NCBI GenBank assembly: GCA_012517235.1
Contig: JAAYVI010000014.1
Coordinates: forward strand, 19,266-83,265
Reading direction: 5' to 3'
Source of the DNA: Elusimicrobiota bacterium
GTDB taxonomy: Bacteria > Elusimicrobiota > Elusimicrobia > Elusimicrobiales > UBA9959
Length of the DNA: 64,000 bases
The translations under genes and the position numbers were made by a program. Positions within the stretch are counted from its first letter, which is position 1; each line of letters opens with the position of its first letter. Shown here piece by piece: positions 58,786 through 64,000 of this stretch. The notes beneath the pieces are model-generated. The model was not told where the DNA came from. It searched no databases and worked only from the letters and a program-made list of their open reading frames with translations.

Positions 58786-59769
58786 ATGATAAAATTCCTT
58801 TCGGGAGTGGTATTTTTATTTTCTTCTTTTTCTTTTGCCGTTTCTTTCGAAGATCAAAGAGCTTCAAACGATCTCGAAGCGCCGTCTTTTTCCGAGAATT
58901 TCGCTCATATTCCGTCGCCCCAATCTTTTTCTGCCGATAGCGGCTTAAAATATAACCAGCAGAACACGGCTTTAAGGAAAATAAAGGTAAACGAAATACA
59001 GCCGGACATGGATAATACCGTCATATTAAACTTGGAGAAAGGCGATATAGATTTTTATCTTAATGATTTAAGAAAAGACGGGTTTAAAGTAGAAGCATAT
59101 GACAATGCTTCCGGTTTTTATTTCATAATGGCGGATCTTACCGGCAAAAATGTGGCTTCCGAAGCTTTGGGGCTTGCAAAATATTACTATGTTAAAGAAG
59201 TTTTGGTAAGCAAAAAAACATATTCGGAACTTTTCGGTTTAAAGTCGAAAGTTTCTTATGCCGTTAGAATAGGCTCTATTACAGGCGGAATGAACCGTTC
59301 TCCCGTGGATTTAACCCTAAATAAGATATCCTGGACAATAAAGGGCGGCATGAATCGTTCCCCGATAGATTTGGTTATAAATCATCAGGAAAAAACTATA
59401 AAAGGCGGGGCTAATTTAAGTCCGGTAGACCTTAAGTTTGATTGGTCTTCCGAAGAAGTAAGAGTTTACGGCGGAGCCAATTTAAGCCCGGTAGATTATA
59501 CGGTGAATTGGAAAGGAGGCATGCTTAAAGGTTATTCCAATAATTCCCCCCTTGAAGTTAAATTTGACATGAAAGAGTCCGTTGCCGGGGATAATATCGT
59601 GGAACTTAAAGGTTATGCCAATCATGCTCCTGTGGAATTAACTTTCGATAAGATTTCCGGAGAACTAAAAGGCGGAATGAATTATTCTCCCGTAGATGTG
59701 AAATTTGTGAACTGTGATTTGTATGATTTCCTCCAATATTTCTTCGTATTCTTAAACATACAACAATAA
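58786..59769 (+). CDS. secreted protein with seven ~20-aa G-G-x-N-x-S-P-V-D repeats
   Basis: The ATG at 58786 follows GGAGG (58776-58780) and gives a signal peptide MIKFLSGVVFLFSSFSFA. The repeats span 59284-59706 (GGMNRSPVDLTLN, GGMNRSPIDLVIN, GGANLSPVDLKFD, GGANLSPVDYTVN, GYSNNSPLEVKFD, GYANHAPVELTFD, GGMNYSPVDVKF). Confidence 0.65.
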   Translation: MIKFLSGVVFLFSSFSFAVSFEDQRASNDLEAPSFSENFAHIPSPQSFSADSGLKYNQQNTALRKIKVNEIQPDMDNTVILNLEKGDIDFYLNDLRKDGFKVEAYDNASGFYFIMADLTGKNVASEALGLAKYYYVKEVLVSKKTYSELFGLKSKVSYAVRIGSITGGMNRSPVDLTLNKISWTIKGGMNRSPIDLVINHQEKTIKGGANLSPVDLKFDWSSEEVRVYGGANLSPVDYTVNWKGGMLKGYSNNSPLEVKFDMKESVAGDNIVELKGYANHAPVELTFDKISGELKGGMNYSPVDVKFVNCDLYDFLQYFFVFLNIQQ

Positions 59770-59789
59770 GATTATTATCCTTATATAAA

Positions 59790-59811
59790 GGGGCCGCAAG
59801 GCCCCTTTTTT
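59790..59811 (+). terminator. intrinsic terminator
   Basis: GGGGCC-GCAA-GGCCCC followed by TTTTTT, 21 nt after the stop at 59767-59769. Confidence 0.85.
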
Positions 59812-59917
59812 ATTTTAAAAAAATATTTAAAAATTTAGTTGACAATTTAATAAAAATTAATCTAAAATTAATTTAATTAATTTGTATGTTAAAAAAATTA
59901 ATTTGGAGATTAATATA

Positions 59918-60286
59918 ATGAAAAAGCCAAATAAATGTCCTTCCTGCAATTCTAAAATACATATAAGCGAATTTCACTGCGATAATTGTTCGACATCTAT
60001 AAAAGGAAAATTTAATCTCGGGCCTTTTGATTGTTTAGATGAAAACGAGTTGGAATTTGTGAAAGTATTTCTTGCCGTTGGCGGCCGGATAAAGGAGATA
60101 GAGAAAACTTTTAATATATCTTATCCCACGGTTAAATCCCGTCTGGAAGACATAGTTAAAAAAATGGGCATAGGGGATTATGATTTTGACGCTAAAAGTA
60201 AAAAAATGGAAATATTGAAGAAATTGGAAAAAGGGGAAATTACCGCTCAAGATGCGGTTAAGATGATAAGAGATATAAAAAAATAG
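59918..60286 (+). CDS. DUF2089-type zinc-ribbon plus HTH protein with SHOCT-like tail
   Basis: The ATG at 59918 follows GGAG. It has C-x2-C...C-x2-C (CPSCNS...CDNCST), an HTH-like segment FVKVFLAVGGRIKEIEKTFNISYPTVKSRL and a tail LEKGEITAQDAVKMI. Confidence 0.7.
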   Translation: MKKPNKCPSCNSKIHISEFHCDNCSTSIKGKFNLGPFDCLDENELEFVKVFLAVGGRIKEIEKTFNISYPTVKSRLEDIVKKMGIGDYDFDAKSKKMEILKKLEKGEITAQDAVKMIRDIKK

Positions 60287-60302
60287 TTTTCACGTGAAAA
60301 CT
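60285..60302. promoter_or_regulatory. parS-like site 1
   Basis: AGTTTTCACGTGAAAACT is a perfect 18-bp palindrome. The central 12 bp TTTCACGTGAAA are identical to the consensus parS tGTTTCACGTGAAACa. It overlaps the TAG stop of the DUF2089 gene. Confidence 0.75.
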
Positions 60303-60313
60303 CGGGGATACTT

Positions 60314-60676
60314 ATGAATCAGAGTAAAATAAAAGTACTTAATATGCTGGAAGAGGGAAAGATAAATTCTTATGAAGCATTGGAGCTTTTGGCGGCCGTG
60401 GAGGAAGACGATAATTCCAGAGCCATAGGTAAAATGAGACGAAAAGGAAAAAAACTGTCTATAAAGATATATTCCGCCGGAAGTGTTAAAGAGTCGGATA
60501 GCGACATAAACGAATTGTTTATATCGGCTTTAATGAGCAGAATAAATGCCGAACTTAAATATAACGGCATAAACCTTTTTACCGAAGAGTTGAAGAAAAT
60601 TAAGGATCAATTGGTAAGTTTCGGTAAGGCAAAAATAGAAAGGGAAAGCGCGGTTATAGAAATAAAAACGGTCTGA
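60314..60676 (+). CDS. small protein with N-terminal SHOCT-like (YvlB/LiaX-N-type) helix
   Basis: 120 aa. LNMLEEGKINSYEALELLAAVEEDD is the SHOCT-like helix. No motif recognised in the remainder. Confidence 0.5.
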   Translation: MNQSKIKVLNMLEEGKINSYEALELLAAVEEDDNSRAIGKMRRKGKKLSIKIYSAGSVKESDSDINELFISALMSRINAELKYNGINLFTEELKKIKDQLVSFGKAKIERESAVIEIKTV

Positions 60677-60686
60677 AGGAGGAAAA

Positions 60687-61280
60687 ATGGAAAAACTTAG
60701 TTCTTTAGACATGGTTACGGTTAAACAAAAAGTGGAATGGGTTGAGGTTTTTACCGGTTTTGAGGGGAAAAATAGATATTCCGTAAAAGACTCCTATGAT
60801 AACGATATCTATTTTGCCGCGGAAAAGAGTTCTTTTTTGGCCAGGATATTTTTGCCTTTTTTAAGGCCCCTGGAAGTTCATGTTATGAATTTAGACGGAG
60901 CGGGGGTGTTTAAGATAGTAAAGCCTTTCAGATTCTTTTTTCACGAGGGAAGAGTGGGGGATTTTAACGGAAAGTATTATGGTAAGGTTAAGAGAGAATG
61001 GGCCTTCTTGAGAAAGAAAATAAGCGTTGAAAATGCCGAAAATAGGGAAATTTATAAGATAGAAAGTTCCGTTATGCACCCCTGGACATTAAAAATATAT
61101 AGGGAAGGCATAGAAGTGGGGGAAATACTTAAAAAATGGTCCGGGGCGGCAAAAGAATTTTTTAGCGATGCCGATAATTTCAGTATAAAATTCCCGGTAG
61201 GCGCTCCTATTGAAGACAAGGCATTACTTTTAAGTGCGGTTTTTCTTGCCGATCTTGTATATTTTGAGAAAAAAGACTGA
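60687..61280 (+). CDS. phospholipid-scramblase-family (tubby-like fold) protein
   Basis: 197 aa with blocks EVFTGFEGKNRYSVKD and RPLEVHVMN, and a C-terminal helix DKALLLSAVFLADLVYFE resembling the scramblase C-terminus. Confidence 0.7.
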   Translation: MEKLSSLDMVTVKQKVEWVEVFTGFEGKNRYSVKDSYDNDIYFAAEKSSFLARIFLPFLRPLEVHVMNLDGAGVFKIVKPFRFFFHEGRVGDFNGKYYGKVKREWAFLRKKISVENAENREIYKIESSVMHPWTLKIYREGIEVGEILKKWSGAAKEFFSDADNFSIKFPVGAPIEDKALLLSAVFLADLVYFEKKD

Positions 61281-61316
61281 TATTCCATACCCGACTCGTG
61301 AGCTGGTATGAAAGAA

Positions 61317-61348
61317 GGCGGTAAAATTGACCTTTTACCGCCTTTTTT
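61317..61348 (+). terminator. intrinsic terminator
   Basis: GGCGGTAAAA-TTGACC-TTTTACCGCC followed by TTTTTT. Confidence 0.8.
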
Positions 61349-61363
61349 GTTATTATATATAAA

Positions 61364-61381
61364 AGTTTTCACGTGAAAACT
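61364..61381. promoter_or_regulatory. parS-like site 2
   Basis: Identical 18-bp palindrome AGTTTTCACGTGAAAACT, 31 nt upstream of the parA ATG. Confidence 0.8.
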
Positions 61382-61400
61382 AAAGGTGCCTGGCACCTTT
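61382..61400. promoter_or_regulatory. 19-bp palindrome between parS and the parA RBS
   Basis: AAAGGTGCC-T-GGCACCTTT has perfect 9-bp arms. It abuts parS site 2 and is followed by the CGGAG RBS. Confidence 0.4.
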
Positions 61401-61411
61401 CGGAGATAAAT

Positions 61412-62248
61412 ATGGCAGAAATAGTGGCTATAGCCAATCAGAAAGGCGGAGTGGGAAAAACTACTACGGCGATAAATCTTGCCGTGGCTTTGGCGGCGCT
61501 TAATTTTGAAACTCTTATATTAGATTTGGATCCTCAGGGTAATGCTACTTCCGGACTCGGAGTGGAGATGAATAAGGATACTCCGGGAATATACGATGTT
61601 TTATCGGAAACGGCTCCTTTGGAAAAAGCCATAAAGCAAACGGCGGTTGAATTATTGGATATTTTGCCTACCAATCACAATTTGGCGGGGGCAGAAATAG
61701 AACTTGTAAGCGAATTTTCGAGAGAATCCGTTCTCAAACGCTCGCTGGCGCCTTTAAAGGATATGTATAAATTTATAATAATAGATTGTCCTCCTTCTTT
61801 GGGTTTGCTTACGGTAAACGCTTTAACCGCCTCGGATTCGGTAATAACCCCGGTTCAATGCGAATATTATTCTATGGAAGGGCTCACATATTTCACCAAT
61901 ACGGTGGATAAGATAAAACAAGCTCTAAATCCCAATCTTAGAATAGACGGCGGCATAATAACCATGTTTGATTCCAGAATAAATTTGGCCAATCAGGTTC
62001 TAAATGAAATTTCCAAGTATTATGGGGAAAAACTTTATAAAACGGTTGTGCCGAGAAATGTAAGATTGGCGGAAGCGCCCAGTTTCGGCCAGCCGATATT
62101 TACATACGATCCGAGTTCCAGAGGCGCTCAGGCATATAAAAACTTAGCTCTGGAATTTTTATCGAGAAGGGGAGTAAATATAGAAAATTACAAAAAATCT
62201 GAAATATACGTAAGCGAAGAAGCTTTGGATTACGATTACGGAGAATAA
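61412..62248 (+). CDS. parA: chromosome partitioning ATPase ParA/Soj
   Basis: I chose the ATG at 61412 (MAEIVAIANQKGGVGKTT deviant Walker A); the track start at 61373 is a GTG inside parS. Also IIDCPPSLG and RLAEAPSFGQPI. Confidence 0.93.
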   Translation: MAEIVAIANQKGGVGKTTTAINLAVALAALNFETLILDLDPQGNATSGLGVEMNKDTPGIYDVLSETAPLEKAIKQTAVELLDILPTNHNLAGAEIELVSEFSRESVLKRSLAPLKDMYKFIIIDCPPSLGLLTVNALTASDSVITPVQCEYYSMEGLTYFTNTVDKIKQALNPNLRIDGGIITMFDSRINLANQVLNEISKYYGEKLYKTVVPRNVRLAEAPSFGQPIFTYDPSSRGAQAYKNLALEFLSRRGVNIENYKKSEIYVSEEALDYDYGE

Positions 62249-62259
62249 GCGGAGGAAAT

Positions 62260-63117
62260 ATGAGAAAAGCTTTAGGAAAAGGCATAGACGCTTTGATAAG
62301 CAGGGTTCAGGAAAACGACATAGGCGGTCAAAATGTAAAAAAAATACCTTTGGAAAATATAATTCCCAACAGACTTCAGCCCAGACAGGATTTTGACGAA
62401 GAAGCGATAAAAGAATTGGCGGCTTCCATAAAAAAACACGGCTTGGCTCAGCCGATAATAGTTCAAGAAACCGGCGAAGGAAAATATGAGATTATAGCGG
62501 GAGAGAGAAGATTTAGAGCTTTCAAATATTTGGGTTTGCCGCATATAGAAGCCATAGTCAGAAAAAATATGGAAGACGAAAAAAAATTGGCTTTGGCTTT
62601 GATAGAAAATCTTCAGAGGGAAAATCTAAATCCGGTGGAAAGAGCTCTGGCTTATAAAAAACTTATGAGCGATTACGGTATGAATCAAACCGAAGCCGCC
62701 GAATTTTGCGGCAAATCAAAATATGTGGTTTCAAATGCCATAAGACTTCTGGAACTTGACGAGGAAATGATAAATTCGCTTAGAGGCGGGGGAATGGACG
62801 AAGGTCATGCCAGAGCTTTGCTGGGAGTTCCCGATAAAGCGGAAAGAAAAAGAATTTTTGAAAGGATAATATCGGAAAAACTTTCGGTAAGAGACGTAGA
62901 GGCTCTGGCCAAAACTTTCCATAAACCTTCAAATAGAAAAAAAAGAAGCGATTCGCAGAAAGATCCCGAAGTAAGTCAGGCCGAAGCGGAATTGGAGAGA
63001 GCTTTAGGCGCGAAAGTGGAAATAATTCCGGGTCCCGATTCGCGAGTGGGAAAAATAATACTTCATTATTATTCTCTCGAAGATTTTGATAGAATAGTTT
63101 TTAAGTTGAAAAATTAA
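62260..63117 (+). CDS. parB: chromosome partitioning protein ParB/Spo0J
   Basis: 285 aa with the N-terminal LGKGIDALI, the ParB box IIAGERRFRA (GERR arginine patch) and HTH TEAAEFCGKSKYVVSNAIRLL. Confidence 0.93.
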   Translation: MRKALGKGIDALISRVQENDIGGQNVKKIPLENIIPNRLQPRQDFDEEAIKELAASIKKHGLAQPIIVQETGEGKYEIIAGERRFRAFKYLGLPHIEAIVRKNMEDEKKLALALIENLQRENLNPVERALAYKKLMSDYGMNQTEAAEFCGKSKYVVSNAIRLLELDEEMINSLRGGGMDEGHARALLGVPDKAERKRIFERIISEKLSVRDVEALAKTFHKPSNRKKRSDSQKDPEVSQAEAELERALGAKVEIIPGPDSRVGKIILHYYSLEDFDRIVFKLKN

Positions 63118-63130
63118 TCGGTGATAATTA

Positions 63131-64000
63131 ATGAGAAAATATTATGTTAACTTGGCGTTTTTTGTTTTTTTGATTTCCTGCTTAAATGTTTTTTCGCAAG
63201 AAACTTCAAAATATCCGCCTATTAAGTATGTATCCCAAATAAAAGATTTAAGTTCGTATTTTATGTATGCCGACGGCGGTTTTCACGCCGATTGGTATGT
63301 GGGATATAATAATTGCTGGATAGTAAAACTTCCGCCAATAAAAAAAGAAGATGTGGAAAAAGCGTATATAGGCGCAAAGTTAGGCAGAGCGAAAACAGAA
63401 AAAGATTTTTCGCCCATAGAGGGAAAAATATACATAGCCGTTTCAGATAAACCGTCTTTTACTTCCGATTCGGGATATTTTTTGGCTTCCGGCGAAGATA
63501 TCCCGAAAGAACCTCTGGAAAATGAAAGTTTGCCGGGAGTAGGACAGGCCAAATGGTTTTGGGCTTCGGTGCCTTTGTCCAAGATAAATTCGGATAAAGA
63601 CAATTACATAGCTATCTGGTCCCAATCGGACAATTTTATATCCAGCAAAACATCTCCCATAATAGCGGCCGGATATAAAGAAAGCGAAGGCGAAGATGTT
63701 TGGCTGAACCGCTCCGTCAAAGGCATACCGCCTTCGGGGCCCGGCGCGACGGAAACGGCGATATTCGGAATAAAGCCGGCCGTAGCCGTGAAACTCATAC
63801 CTAAAAACGAGTATAAAGTAATAATCAAAAATTTTTCGGCGGAAATATACGATAGCGAAATTTTGATAAATTTCAGCGTAATAGGCGCGGATATACAGAA
63901 AGCATGGATAGAACTTTCTTACGATAAATTTGAATGGCAGAAAATAAGCGGAAATATCTATTCTTCCCCTTATTTTATTTCTCTTAAAAAAGAAGATCTT
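63131..64000 (+). CDS. secreted hypothetical protein, N-terminal 290 aa (3' end outside window)
   Basis: The frame is open from the ATG at 63131 to the window end, so the ORF track omits it for lack of a stop. Signal peptide MRKYYVNLAFFVFLISCLNVFSQ. No motif recognised. Confidence 0.55.
   Translation, partial: MRKYYVNLAFFVFLISCLNVFSQETSKYPPIKYVSQIKDLSSYFMYADGGFHADWYVGYNNCWIVKLPPIKKEDVEKAYIGAKLGRAKTEKDFSPIEGKIYIAVSDKPSFTSDSGYFLASGEDIPKEPLENESLPGVGQAKWFWASVPLSKINSDKDNYIAIWSQSDNFISSKTSPIIAAGYKESEGEDVWLNRSVKGIPPSGPGATETAIFGIKPAVAVKLIPKNEYKVIIKNFSAEIYDSEILINFSVIGADIQKAWIELSYDKFEWQKISGNIYSSPYFISLKKEDL

Noticed and set aside
61373-61411. Track start (GTG at 61373) for parA
   Set aside because: The GTG lies inside the parS palindrome and adds a non-conserved 13-aa extension. 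The ATG at 61412 follows a GGAG RBS and gives the canonical MAEIVAIANQKGGVGKTT N-terminus.

Overview
This is a 64-kb origin-proximal chromosomal segment from an AT-rich bacterium, roughly 35-40% GC by eye. The organism looks diderm (KdsC, beta-barrel OMPs, PorV-like protein and T9SS-type cargo), but I cannot assign a taxon from sequence alone.

Core content:
- dnaA-dnaN-DUF721(DciA-like)-gyrB-gyrA lie on the minus strand (22.0-29.9 kb), with DnaA-box clusters on both sides of dnaA.
- parA-parB (61.4-63.1 kb) are preceded by two identical 18-bp parS-like palindromes.
- Housekeeping genes include serS, pgm-metK-ahcY, rlmH, folD, mutS, rpmB, rnhA, dut, kdsC, ccdA, fhs, pyrE, pyrF, ugd and uxs.
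- An RNase P RNA (rnpB) lies on the + strand at 42888-43245. It is invisible to the ORF track and is overlapped by a spurious antisense ORF.

Unusual content, best candidates first:
1. A dispersed, almost C-free intergenic element built from phased 8-nt T(A/G)GA(A/T/C)G units. There are two copies (21231-21368 minus, 43246-43380 plus) at about 87% identity over 75 nt.
2. Two translationally coupled giant coiled-coil proteins (1017 and 937 aa, 35378-41247). Both are built from the same aromatic-punctuated module.
3. A low-GC two-gene secreted module (50074-52076: a LAS/MepA-like peptidase candidate plus an FG-GAP-like protein). It sits behind a promoter whose -35/-10 spacer is a T14 homopolymer, so it is a candidate for phase variation.
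4. A small excisionase-type HTH gene embedded in GTTAAC-based direct repeats and palindromes.
5. A trehalose operon combining OtsA-OtsB, TreT-like and an internally duplicated unknown protein.
6. A secreted protein with seven roughly 20-aa GGxNxSPVD repeats.
7. A DUF2089/SHOCT-like/scramblase-like operon whose last two genes lie between the two parS sites.

I recognised no tRNA, rRNA, CRISPR array, transposase or integrase. All similarity statements are from motif recognition by eye; no searches were run.
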